From positions 157,544,001 through 157,608,000 of the forward strand of contig NC_086097.1 of the NCBI RefSeq assembly GCF_963921235.1: 64,000 bases of DNA, read 5' to 3'. The first letter of the stretch is position 1, and every line of letters begins with the position of its first letter. Shown here piece by piece: positions 47,899-61,293 of the stretch. The notes under the pieces are model-generated. The model was given only the letters and a program-made list of their open reading frames with translations. It was not told the DNA's origin and did not search any database. The position numbers were made by a program, and so were the translations under genes. This DNA comes from Mobula hypostoma. Its lineage: Eukaryota.

Positions 47899-50800
47899 CT
47901 GCAAAGTGTTGTATCACACAATAAATTCACTGTAAATGTTATTGGCAAACACAGGTGTTCTGAGATACAGGCTTAAAGTAATAAGACTACAATGCATGGA
48001 ATTTAAATAGGATTTTTTGCTCAATCATATTTTAAGAGAAAAACAGCAATGATAATAATATGTTAGAGGGAAGGAAAGTGAAGGTTACAGAAAATGACTT
48101 CAAATAATAAACACTATGCAATTATAAAATAACTGACAGATAATAAATATAACGCAAGACAAGATCATTACATATAGTGTACCCCAAAGATCAGCAATAA
48201 CATACTATTATTTCCAACAAATCAATAAAGTAACATGACCTAGATAATTCATCTGTGAGAAATTGAAATGAAGCTGATTTGAAATGTATTTCAAAGCTAG
48301 TATTTTGCAGACCACAAAAATAATGACTTGCTGACCTTTTTTGGTATGGTTCTGATCTTTGATGTGCAATCCTCTGATTTGGCTAATAAGAAATTTCACA
48401 TTAACTCTGCCTTGCGCTTTATAAAGCAATCATCGACTGCGAAAATTGAAAGCTTCTTCATGCTGTGCAGCGACAGGAAAAGGTCACATGACTGTATTAA
48501 AGACAATCAATGATTTCATCCTTGCCTCCATTAATTTAAAGAAACAGTATCACATTTATGTTAAACTACATGGCAAGATTTGTGTGCATTGTAATATTCA
48601 ATATATCTCAAATGTCATTCTGCATAACTCTCCACAGTTTGACCTTTAGTAGAATATAATATAATATTGCTTACAGCTCCCTGTAGAGTATCAGAAACAG
48701 AACATGATAAGAGGAAACTGAAATTCCTCATGCTAAGAAACTTGCAAAAAATAATTATTGACATGTAAGAAAATCGAAATAACAAGAGAGAACAGTTTAT
48801 GACCATTTTGTCATGCAGATTCTCTCCTTGATAATTGCAGCTCTGACAACAAAAAATAAAATAGAAAGATTTGTGAACTGGCATGGAAAAGTTTAGCCAG
48901 TGCTTATTAAAATGTTGTTAAAAGGCAATGATCACAAAAATAAACAAAATCACACAGGTTAGGTCATTAGTTAAATGCATTTATGCTTAAAAGTAACATG
49001 GTCATCCAGGAGATAGTTGCACAAGTAAATCACTATATTTGGCTATGCTTTGATACAGAAACATCACAACAATGTCACACTTTAAAGGTTCTTCACGGGA
49101 CATTCCAAAGTCAAGAAAGGTGATGTATAAAGTTGAGTCTTTGGTACTTAATGATGGTATATTTTAAAGAACGTACTTCATTCTTAACTTTCAGTCTTGA
49201 AATATGAGAAAATAAAAGACTAATATTGAAAGCGCAGAAAGTTGATTTTATCCCCAGTCTAAATTTTCTTAAATCCGCATTCTCAAAATCACCTAGCATC
49301 ATCACCTTGGATCTATTTGCAGCTATTCTTCAACATATGCAATGATTTGTAAAAATATGACTTTTTTTTCTAATTGTGAGATAAGTTGATTTTGGTCTTT
49401 TGTATAAAGTCAACAAACTACAGGAATATGTTAGCTTGTAATCATTCACGAGTATTATTTCCCTTTACATAAATAAACTTGTACATGAGCATTGTGCATG
49501 GACATAGTGAAAGTGCAAATTACAGCACATCAGGATAATTAGTAGTACACTACAGCCGTTAGCAAGATCCAGCTGTGAAGGAGAGCACTCCGTATATGCA
49601 CTCCTTCCACACACACAGAAACATTGCCTTGTTATTCTGATGTCTTGCACTGGGTGTACATACTTCAATGCCTTCCTTGGTATATTCTCAAAATTGCTCC
49701 TAAACCAAGCTGATGTGCTCAGGTTAGCTTTATGGTGCCTTTTCCTGCCAAACACAGCAGAATAATCCATTTCTTTAGTAATGGGGATGTGTAAATGTGT
49801 ATATGCTGTTCGTATACTGTATTTAAGGTGGATACTTCTGTTTATTTTATATTATGAATGTAAATGTATCATATTCTATTTCATGTGTAGTCTTAAGTTA
49901 ACTTTGTTGGCAATTGAAGACAGAATGCCCTGGTGCAGAATAAAAAAGCCCTCAGTGAGAGAGAGATGGGGGCTACCAGGATTTCACACGGGACAAGAAC
50001 AATATGGAATTATAACTATATCTTCTGGTAGATGTTTTTTTGTAAGTATTGAGAGTTTTCTTTTCACTATTTTTACTAATTTTTGTAAGTTTGATTTTTG
50101 ATGCATCTAATAAACAGACTTGCACTAAAGTGCTAAGCGACTCTAACCCATTTTCCCTTTGGTCATAACCCATGGACCTAATACTAACAAACACTAAAAA
50201 CACTTTATCTATCAAAATCTTTCCTCCGACCTGTTCATTTATTTTGCTACGAACGCTGCACAGTCTATATGATTTATTCTGTGAACCTGTTGCTGTACTC
50301 CCACTGAATACCATTTTTAACTTGAAATCCAAGGCTTGCAAAGATTCAGACAGGACTATTCATTCTTGCAACAGTCCCTCTCCATTATAATGAAGATCTA
50401 TTTGCATAGTTCTGCTATTTGTTGTTTGAATATGTTTTCAGAGGAAGATTCTTAATATTTGTGTCAGTATATCATTTGTTTATTTGCATACTCGCATTAA
50501 AAATTATATAGTGCACATGTTTTGTGCTGTAATGTTTCGGTTGCATTCTGTTTTTAATTTGATGCTTCTCTAAATCATGTAGATTATTTTTCTCTTTCTT
50601 CTGAGCTTCCTTTCATCTTGGATACCATGCGCACCACCTGGGTGATATACTCCCACACATGGCTCATTATCTGCTTATTTGAGACTGCTCCTCGCCCACC
50701 AATGTGTCACTGCTATATTTCACTGCAACTTCCATAATAAAAATTCAACTGTTTTTTTTCTGTTTTTCTCTGCTACTGTTCAAATGTTTTATGTAATCCC

Positions 50801-51024
50801 TGTGGTCTCCACACGTGCTTTGATAAATCTTGGGAGATTTAAACTGGCTTGTTAGTTGCTTCAAAAGTGGTTAAAGATCTTGGTTACAGAAACAATCCAA
50901 TCGATTCATATATTTCATATGATATGAATTAATGTTTTTGCCGATTCATATTATAGATTCAATGTTACATGTTAAAGGCCTTCACTCCTGACTTTGGTAA
51001 TTAAACATATAAATTATATTCGAA

Positions 51025-54000
51025 TAATACAAAAGTACAGCACAGAAACAGGTCCTTTGGCCCAAGTAGTCCATGCTGAGCCATTTAAACTGCCTACTCA
51101 CATCAAACTGCGCCGAGACCATAGCCCTGCATACCCCTACAATGTGGGTACCTATCCAAAATTCTCATAAACGTTGAAATCAAGCTCACATGCACCACTT
51201 GTACTGGCAGCTCATGCCACACTTTCAAGACCCTTTGAGTGAAGAAGTTTCCCCTCATGTTCCCCTTAAACTTTTCAACTTTCACCTTAACGAATGACCT
51301 CTAGTTGTAGTCTCACACAACCGTAGTGGAAAAAGCCTGTTTGCCTTTACCATATCCATACCCTTCATAATTTTGTACATTTCTATCAAATCTCCCCTCA
51401 ATCTTCCTAGGAATAAAGTCCAATCCTATTCAATCTTTCTTAAAACTCAGATCCTCCAGATCCAGCAATGTCCTTGTAAATTTTCTCTTTTCCCTTTCAA
51501 CCTTATTTACATCTTTTCTGAAGGTAGGTGAACAAAACTGCACTCAATACTCCAAATTGGGCCTGGCCAATGCCTTATATAATTTCAACATAACATCTAG
51601 TCACCCGGACTCAATACTTCGATTTATGTAGGCCAATGTGCCAAAAACTTTCTTTACAATGCTATCTACCTGTGAATTAATGAATTACGGACCTGTATTC
51701 CCCGATCCCTTTGCATTACTGCATTCCTCAGTGCCCTACCGTTCACTGTGTAAGACATACCCTGGTTGGTCCTATCGAAGTGCTACATTTTGCACCTATC
51801 TGCCTTAAATTCAATCTACCATTTTTCAGCTGAGTTTTCCAGCTGGTCCAGATCCCAGTGCAATCCATGCAAGTCTTTCTTGCTGACCAGTACACACTGA
51901 ATCTTCGTGTCATCTGTAAATTTGCTGATCCGGTTTACGACATTATTATCCAGATTGTTGATACAGATGACAAACAACAAAGACTCCAGCACTGATTCCT
52001 GCAGGACTTAACTAATCACATGCCTCCAACCAGAGAGGCAACCACCCACTACCACACTCTGGCTCCTCCCACAAAGCCAATTTCTAATCGAATTTACTAC
52101 CTCATCTAGAATGCCAGTAACTGAAGCTCCTTAATCAACGTCCCAAGCAGGACCTTGTCAAATGCCTTGCTAAAGTCCATGTAGACAACATCCATTGCCC
52201 CATCTTCATCACCTTCCCTGGTAATTTCCTCGAAAAGCTTTGTAATATTGATTAGACATGACCAACCACACACAAATATCCAGTCCCTTAGAGTACCTTC
52301 CAATAACTTTCCACTACTGATGTCAGGCTCACCAGCCTATAATTTCTTTGTTAAATTTTAGAGCCTTTCTTAAACAGCGGAACAAAATTGGCTATATTCC
52401 AATCCTCTGGTATCTCACCTGTCACTAAGGGTGATTTTGGAATCGATTGTTAGGGGTGAGATTACCAAGTACCTGTAGGCACATGGCAAGATAGGCCAAA
52501 GCCAGCATGGTTTCTTGAAAGGAAAATCCTGCCTAACTAACCTACTGCAATTTTTTGAGGAAATTACAAGTAGGGTAGACAAAGCAGATGCAGTAGATGT
52601 GGCAAATGAAATACAATTTTGGAAAGTGTATGGTCATGCACTTTGGCAGAAGAAATAAATGGACAGACTATTATTTAGATGGGGAAAGAATTCAAAATGC
52701 AGAGATGCAAAGGGACTTGGGAGTCCTTGTGCAAGATACCTTAAAAGTTATCCTCCAGGTAGAGTCAGTTGTGAAGAAGGCGAATGCAATGTTGGCATTC
52801 ATTTCTAGAGGTATAGAATATAAGAGCAGGAATGTGAAGTTGAGGCTCTATAAGGCACTCGTGAGACCACACTTGGAGTATTGTATGCAGTTTTAGGCTC
52901 CTTATTTTAGAAAGGATATACTGACATTGTAGAGGGTTCAGAGAAGATTCACGAGAATGATTCCAGGAATGAAAGGGTTACCATATGTGGAATGTCTGGC
53001 AGCTCTTGGTCAGTATTCCCTGGAGTTCAGGAGAGTGAGGGGGGATCTCATAGAAAGATTCAGAATGTTAAAAAGCCTGAACAGATTAGATATGGCAAAG
53101 TTACTTCCCATGGTAGGGGAGTCTAGGACAAGAGGGCATGACTTCAGGATTGAAAGACGTCCATTTGGAATGGAGATGTGGAGAAATTACTTTAGTCAGC
53201 TGGTAGTAAATCTGTGGAATTTTTTGCCATGAGCGGCTGTGGAGGCCAAGTCTTGGGTGCATTAAAGGCAGAGATAGATAGGTTCTTGATTAGCCAGGGC
53301 ATTAAAGGCTATGGGAAGAAAGCAGGGTAGTGTGGATGACTGGAAGAATTGGATCAGCCCATGATTGAATGGCGGAGCAGACTCAATGGGCTGAATGGCT
53401 TACTTCTGCTCCTATATCTTACCGTCTTATGGTCTTATTTAATTACCTCTGCTAGGGCCCCTGCAATTTCTACATTTGCCTTCTGCAGGGTCCGAGGGAA
53501 CACCTTGTCAGGCCCTGGGGATTTATCCACCCTAATTTTCACCAAGACAGCAAACACCTTCCCCTCTGTAATCTGTCTAGGGCCCATGAAGTCGATGCCG
53601 CTTTCTTTATTTCTATAGACTCTGTGTCCATCTCTTGAGTAAATATAGATGCAAAAATTGCATTTATGATCTCCATTATCTCTTTTGGTTCCATGCATCA
53701 ATTACCATTCTGATCTTCCAGCGGACCAATTTTATCCCTTGCAATCCTTTTGCTCTTAACATATCTATGGAATCCCTTTGGATTCTTCTTCACCTTGCCT
53801 GCAAAGGCAAACTCATGCCTTCTTTTAACCTTTTATGATTTCTTCCTTAAGTGTTCGCTTGCATTTCTTACATCTCCTTTATTTTCTTAACCAGGGCCTC
53901 AAAATATCTCTTAAAAGCCAAGTTTCCCTACACCTGTTGGCTTAACCTTTTATTCTGACAGGCACATATAAGCTTTGTACTCCCAAAATTTCACTTTTGG

Positions 54001-54750
54001 AGGCCTCCCTCTTACCAAGTACACCTTTGCCAGAATACAGCCAGTCACAATCCACACTTGCAGATCAGTTCTGATACCACCAAAATTGGCCTTTCTCCAG
54101 TTTAGAATCTCAACCTGCAGAGCAGATCTATCTTTTCGCACATTTACTTTGAAACTGATGGCACTGTGATACAAAGTGTCCCCCTGCACAACCTTCTATC
54201 ACCTGCCCTGTCTTATTCCCTAATAGCAGATCAAGTATCACATACTCTCCTATTGGAACTTCTACATACCAGTTAAGAAAAGATTCCTGAACACATTTGA
54301 CAAACTCAGTTATCCCATCTAGTTCTTCTACAGTATGGGGGTCCCAGTCAATATGTGGAAAGTTAAAATCACCTGCAATAACAACCTTATGTTTCTTGCA
54401 ACAGTCTGCTATCTCTCTACAAATTTGTTCCACTAAATCCCTCGGAGTGTTGAGTGGTCTATAATATAGCCCCATTAACAGGGCCATACCTTTCTTATTA
54501 CACAGTTCCACCCATAATAATTCACTAGAAAAGTTCTCTAGTCTACTATACAAGTTTTCTAGTCTGTCTTCACTGAATACTGCCATGACCCCTCCTCCTT
54601 TAATTTGTCCCGCTCTGTCAAAAACAATGGAACCCTGGAATTTTGAGCTGTCAATCCTGCCCCTCCAGCAACCAAGTCTGGCTAATGACTACAATATTAT
54701 AATTCCAGGTGTTGTTCCATGCCCTGAGCTCATCTGTATTTTTCAAATTC
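51025..54750 (-). mobile_element. Long degenerate CR1 LINE (APE + RT + 3' UTR) split by a plus-strand CR1
   Basis: APE ORF 54128..54586 (LWVEL, GLYYRP, GDFNFPHIDW, LDLLL); DKSPGPD in 53435..53701; MDVVYMDFSKAFDKV in 52106..52303. Confidence 0.92.
52438..53437 (+). mobile_element. CR1 3' fragment with internal deletion of the RT core
   Basis: GKSCLTNLLQFFEEITSRVDKADAVD joined directly to WQMKYN; ORFs 52597..52896 and 52957..53232; TCTTATGGTCTTAT tail. Confidence 0.92.
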
Positions 54751-55242
54751 ACTACATAGACACAAAAGCATTAAAATAGGAGCCAAGCAGGCCATTTGAC
54801 CACTTGATCCTGTTCTGACATTCAATATCATTCTGGATGAATCAATGTAATCATGCTCATGACATTCAAGTTTACAACCTGATTCCAGTTTCTTCCCATA
54901 TTCCTTGATCCTTCCAACCTTAAGAATTATATCCAATTCATTTTTGAAAATATTTAATAATTTTCCTTCAATTGTTTTCTGTGGGAGACAAAATAGCTCC
55001 TAATATCAGTCTCCAATAACTTATCTTTTATTCTTTGACTATATTATCAAAATATGTGTCTGATTGGTTCTATTCAAGAATGGGTACTATTTAAATCCTT
55101 GACCTAAGAGTTATAAAGAAATGTTACATAAACCTAGATATGTTCCCATGATCTTGAAGGCAATAATGGGATCTAAATGAACATGTAGAAATACAGGATA
55201 AAGATAAAGAAACTATTTCTCTATTTAGAGGATCTAGACCAA

Positions 55243-55530
55243 GTTGCTGTTGCTCAATTGAATTCACTCTAACTTACTGACTTTCGGAGGTTCTGGGTTC
55301 AAGTTTTGCTTCACAATATTAAGCACAGTGACACAGAGAGGAAATTCTGATCTGTTGTAAGTCCTTTTTTCAGATGAGATTTTAAACAAAGTGTTCTCTG
55401 CTTTTTCAAATGGATGTGAAAGATCCTATAGCACTACTGAAGAGCAGCATAAAATTAATCTTTAGTCATTTCATATTTTCAAGCAAAAATTCTTAAACAG
55501 ATTAATGGGCTGTTATTATATTATTGCTTC
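55243..55530 (+). mobile_element. DeuSINE-family SINE (SacSINE1/AmnSINE1-like)
   Basis: B box GGGTTCAAGT; Deu-domain-like TTTCAGATGAGATTTTAAAC..TGGATGTGAAAGATCCTATAGCACTA..GAAGAGCAG. Confidence 0.7.
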
Positions 55531-56979
55531 TCTAAAAATGGAGGTAGAAGGACCTACCAGTGAGATGAAAGTCATCATAATCTCAGGCTGGCTTCTGTAG
55601 ATGGGTGTTTTAAATATTGCTGGACTAAGCCCTCACTCATCTGCAACAGCCAGCTCCAATCTTTGAAGTCACACAATTACTAAAGTATATATTCACACTA
55701 AAATATTATTATGGCAATGAGAACTATTCATTGCTATTTTTGAAAAGAGTGCTTTGAAATAATTCACATCCATACTGAAAGGACATGGAAAGTACCATAT
55801 GAATTCAATTTTGTATTGCAACCTTAAAGAACGTTCTATTGAACTCAGAATGCAGTTTTTCAGAGGATAGATGTAATATGGAACTCTTTTCCCAAAATAT
55901 TGTACATTCCAGATTGAATGAAAGTTTTGGATCAGCATTTTTTCATTAGGTATGGATATCAATGATTATGGAGGAAAAACTGGTGGAAGGAGTGATAGAT
56001 CAACTTTGACTCAACACATAAGGGCATAAATGAACCCGATTTCATAAGTCCAGTGACTAAAACAGCTCTTCAATCAAGAAGTATATTTGTGATTGTGTTA
56101 TGCTCAAGCCATGAAAGTCTATCAAAACCTATCAACTGTCAAACAGACTTACATTCTACATGCTCTGTGCCACCTAAATCAAAAATTAATGAACAAAATT
56201 ATGTTGTTGAATAAAAGAAAAAAGCAGAGGAACTCAGTGAGTCAGGCAGCATCTGTGGAGGAAAATAGAGACCTGAGAGTGTGCAGATACTGAACTCTTG
56301 AACAAAAAAAACCCAAACTGGTAGAGGAGGCTCATTGGATTTTTCAGTTTTAATCTGGTCCATGTAATCACAAAACAAAAATAGAACAGGACAATGAGGG
56401 AAACGATAATTAGAGTTCTAATTTATATATTATTAACTGAATATATAAAGATAAATAATGAGCTTGAAGAAAGCTAATGCTACATGATATGAACAGTTAA
56501 ATCACATATGAGTTCTATCCTTCTCCTCAACCACTTAAATTCCTTTCTTTCTGATCTTCATTTTAAAGGCAGTGTGTTAGATATAACAGCATGCCAGCAT
56601 TTCACAACTTCAAGTTATATAAACCCAAATTATTCTAAGTATATGTGGGTGGAGAGAACCTGGTTTGCCAATAGAAAATACACCCACCAAAATGATTATA
56701 TGTTCTGCCAGTGGGTGGACTCTCTACTAAATGTATCTACTCAGAAAAATGTCCTTTTAATTAAAAATGATGTTTAATAGTCAGTTTACAGATTACTTTA
56801 TAACAGAAGCACGTCTATTACTTCAGTTTAATTACTTTGTCTTGGAAATAAGTACGTAAGTAATAATAAACAGGTCCTGTGTTGAAAAATCATCAACTTG
56901 CCCATTGTGACATGTCACTAGGTTCATGCTCAGTCTATGCTGAGTTAACTGATCTTCATAGGATCATCAGTCAGAAAGG

Positions 56980-57285
56980 TCCCATAAACAGTAATATGAT
57001 AATAACCAAATAATAAGCTTTGTTATGTAGCGATGTTGAACAGGGAATAAATGTTGGTCATGTCACCAAAGAGAGCTCTTCTGCACATTTTTAAATAATG
57101 TGCTGGATATTTAAAGTATACCCATCAGGATAGATGAAACTTCTTTTTGAAATTTTGCACAGAACAGACACTGACATTGCTGTACTTTCAGTAATCAGCC
57201 TGAATTGTCAGCATAGATCTTATGCTAAGGTCACTTGACTGCGATCTGAAATTACATCTTCTGACTCAATGCAATGAAGCTAACT
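56980..57285 (-). mobile_element. DeuSINE-family SINE (decayed)
   Basis: CCCATAAACAGTAATATGATAAT..GGGAATAAATGTTGGTCA..TGTCAGCATAGAT, antisense to the Deu domain and head. Confidence 0.6.
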
Positions 57286-57313
57286 ATTCAATTCAATATG
57301 TTTGCATAATTAT

Positions 57314-57680
57314 CATAAGACCATAAGACATAGGAGCTGAATTAGGCCATTTAGCCCATCGAGTCTGCTGCACCATTCAATCATGGCTGATCCTTTTTTT
57401 CCTCCTCAGACCCACTCACTGACCTTCTCCCCATAATCTTTGATGCTGTGGCCATTCAAGAACCTATCAATCTCTGCCTTAAATGCAGAATTAACCTGCC
57501 TTAAGCAACTGCCCGTGGTAACAAATTCCACAAATTCACCACCTTCTGGTGAAAGAAATTTCTTCATATCTCTGTTTTAAATGGATGGCCCTCTATCCTG
57601 AGACTGTGCCTTCTTGTCCTAGACTCCCCCACCAAGGGAAACATCCTTTCCTCCTCTACTCTGTCTAGGCCTTTCAACTT
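57314..57680 (-). mobile_element. CR1 3' fragment
   Basis: CATAAGACCATAAGACATAGG tail followed by antisense CR1 3' UTR. Confidence 0.92.
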
Positions 57681-57776
57681 TCATAATATTTTCTTTTTTT
57701 TTTTGCCTGTTACTTTCTAGATGTGTTGGCATAAGGAAGGTTTATCTTGTGCAAAATACATAAGACCATAAGACTA

Positions 57777-58871
57777 TGTAGCCAGATGACGGTTAAGTAT
57801 CATTTATTACGGTTAAGGTGTACTTATGCTTCACCCTGGTAATGCTAAAATATAATGCCTGAGCCTTTAAGAGAAATCAGTGACATCATTATGCACGTGT
57901 GGAATAGAAAAAGAGTTGCAAAGTTCTGTAATGAATGTCAACTGCGGGTCGTATAGTGAGGAAAGGTGAATAATATTTGATAATATCCATGTAAATTCAT
58001 TTATACTTGTTTGTAAATCTTGAATATCAATAATTTGACATGTTTTACATGTGGGTGCTTTAGATTTTCGTGAGTAAGGTATCAGCAGATAGCATATTTA
58101 TGTAACGTTCCTTATCGGCCTAGTAGGTTAGTCTTTCAATTTTACGACACAATATATTGTAAAACTTCTAGTAAAAATTTATTTTGTCTAACTTTATTTT
58201 TTCATGATTGAATGTGAATGTAACGGAGCAATTTCAATGTGTTAATCTCTGTTTATGTAGCATGAGTGAGGAGAACTCGTTTCAGGGTCTAGCCTATACA
58301 TGTTTGGAAGTTAAGCATGTACGTGCCAAAGTGAGTATACTCCTTAGTTAAGTTGAAATGTATTTATTCATATTTTTGATGTTGTGTGTAAGGTACAGGG
58401 CTGGTGAGATTCTAACATTGTTTGTATTTTGTTTTAGAATTGCCACTACCGTATTGGTTTCGTATATTTTGTTATATTTATTTTCATACTGCATATGTAA
58501 CAAGAGTGTGGACCGAAATTAAGCTGAAATTGTAACAGCGGGAACTGTTTTTATAAGAATTCATCTTGTTGTTTTTATTCTGCATTAAAATATCTAAAAC
58601 AGATAAAAGATTTAAAGTGTTTGTTATCCTGCGTGTGTATTTTTCCCCAGGCTACAAAAACCATACAATTACTGGAGTGATTGACAGCCAAAAGGGATGA
58701 AGAATCCCTTTGACACATATCAACCAATCTGATCAGATGGTATGGAAGTAGATTAGTTTTGAATTCAGGACATAGCGTAGGGAAATTAGCACACAATTCA
58801 GCATGCCTTTGTGTTAAAACTTTTGTATATTTATTAGGTATTATTTCTCTTTATCAATGTGTGTTGCCACA
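57777..58871. mobile_element. Unclassified ~1.1-kb element with TGT...ACA ends
   Basis: TGTAGCCAGA at the left and TGTTGCCACA at the right (7/10 inverted match), CTA on both flanks, T-rich interior with more CpG than the flanks. Confidence 0.4.
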
Positions 58872-59202
58872 CTAGAAGGAATGCAAAATGTAGTGGACAC
58901 TGGAAATCTGTTAAAGAAACAGAAGCTGCTGGAAATCCTATCAGCCTGAGATGTCTTTCTTCACAAAGGCTGCCTAATCTGTTGAGAAGTCCTTGAAATG
59001 TTGTGTTTTTGCATTGCTACACTTGTCCAGCTGCATACTAAAATAAAATTGTTCGTAAGTGTCAGATTCATTCACTCAGCAGCTGATGGGAGTCCAACTA
59101 CAGTGATCTCCAGTTCCATTCAGCCAAAATAATATGGTCCAATGGTTCATTCAAGACAATCCTTTCTCTACCATGACAAAATCTAGTCAAGGAACTCTGA
59201 AC

Positions 59203-59712
59203 AGAACAACACTCACAACATGCTGGAGGAACTCAGCAGGTCGGCAACGTTTCAGGCCGGAACCCTTCATCAGGACTGAAGAGGGAAGGGGCAGAGGCCC
59301 TATAAAGAAGGTGGGGGGAGGGTGGGAAGGAGAAGGCTGGTAGATTCCAGGGGAAAAACCGGTAAGGGGAAAGATAAATGGGTGGGGGAGGGGAAGCAGG
59401 GAGGTGATAGGCAAGAAAGGTGAAGAAGGAATCGGGGAAAGCACAATGGGTTATAGAATGAGGTGGAACCATGAGGGAGGTAGTAGGCAGCTGGGGGAGG
59501 GGGCAGAGTGAAACTGGGATAGGGGAAGGGATGGGAATTACCAGAAGTAGGAGAATTCAATGTTCATACCAAGAGGCTGGAGACTACCTAGTTGGTACAT
59601 GAGGTGTTGCTCCTCCAATCTCAGTTTAGCCTCATCATGGCAGTAGAGGAGGCCATGTATGGACATATCTGAATAGGAATGTGAAGTAGAGTTGAAGTGG
59701 GTGGCAACCGGC
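59203..59712 (-). mobile_element. Penelope-like 3' fragment with hammerhead core (59242-59278)
   Basis: Minus AGTCCTGATGAAGGGTTCCGGCCTGAAACGTT; GIY-YIG C-terminal remnant 59555-59712. Confidence 0.9.
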
Positions 59713-60109
59713 AACTCTAAACAGAATCTTGAAGTCTAATTCTTGGGCATTTCGATGTTGACAACGGAACTTTTCTACTCTTCCCAAAAATGAATCCGTT
59801 ACAGATAATATGCACAAGTGCTTTCTACATCTGTTTGCCCATTCACAGCATTAGTTCAATCTGTGAATAGGAAATTTGTTTATTGTCCAGATCAGGAGCA
59901 ATGCTGTTCCAACTTGCCTCACTGGATCCAAGAAAATAAACACCAAGACGTAATCCAGGAAGGTTTTGATCTCATCAGAAATCACAAGAGGGTACTTTTT
60001 ACTAGTTGAGAGTGGGTTCTCATCTTAATTAGTGCATCTTAGATATCTATTATCCTTATGACATAAGAAATTACCACAAGGTCTACTCACTGCTATGGTC
60101 TTGCTAATC

Positions 60110-60715
60110 TTAAGTATATAGCAAGAATGTGATGCTAAGGCTTTATAAGGCACTGGTGAGGCCTCACCTTGAGTATTGTGAACAGTTTTGTGCTCCTCAT
60201 CTTAGAATAGACGTGCTGGTATAGGAGAGGGTCCGGAAGAGGTTCACAAGGATGATTCCAGGACTGAAAGGGTTATCATACGAGGAACGTTTGATGGTTC
60301 TGGGTCTGTACTTGCTGGAATTCAGAAGAATGAGAGGGGATCTCATTGAAACCTTTCAAATGTTGAAAGGTCTAGACACAGTAGATATGGAAAGGATGTT
60401 TCCCATGGTGGGAGAGTTGAGGACAAGAGGGCACAGCCTCAGGATAGAGGGGCGCCCTTTCAAAACAAAGATGTGGAGAAATTTCTTTAGCCAAAGGGTG
60501 GTGAATTTGAGGAATTTGTTGCCACATGCAGCTGTGGAGGCCAGGTCATTGGGTGTATTTAAGGCAGAGATTGACAGGTTCTTGATTGGACATGGCATCA
60601 AAGGTTGCGGGGAGAAGGTCGGGGACTGGGGTTGAGGAGGAGATAAAAAAAATCAGCCATAATTGAATGGCAGAGCAGACTCGATGGGCCAGATGGCCTA
60701 ATTCTGCTCCTATGC
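60110..60715 (+). mobile_element. CR1 3' fragment
   Basis: ORF 60252..60635 (GLSYEERL..EFRRMRGDLIETF..RNFFSQRVVN). Confidence 0.94.
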
Positions 60716-61293
60716 CTTCAGAATCCAGAAACACAGATATGGAGCCATCAGGTTAGTATAGATGGAGGAGGGGAACTGATAGTGAGTCCAATCAGTGTGC
60801 CAGATCCTGTATGAATTGACCTAATTATTCCTTCTGGGTGGTTAACTTTTCCCATCACTTCCTTTTATTTTTTTCCAAACAATGACGAAAGGCGATGAAA
60901 CTGAAAAACCAATTACCTGTCTTGTCTTCACAGATACTCAGTGATCTGCAGGTATTTCCAACATATTTTGTTTTTATCCCCTATACCAGTGATTTATAGA
61001 TATACAATTGTGCTTTATTTCATATGGCCATATATTTCGTCACATAAATTTAACTAGTTTAAGACCCAGAATGGCATAAAGCCAATCAAATACCAGAAAG
61101 TCCAAATGAATAAAAAGGCAACAGTGAGTATACAGCTAATAAAATCCGACACAAGTACTTTTCATCCAAGGATTGTTTGTAAAAACAGAGCAGGTCAACA
61201 AAGTGCACATCTAACCAGAGAGGATGTGTCCTAAATGTGTTGTTTATGAAAGTTCTTGACATAATTGTATCCAACTTATCCTATCATATTAGG

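Noticed and set aside
49465..49770. 101-aa non-TE ORF
   Set aside because: Length is within chance expectation, with no homology recognised and no clear donor site.
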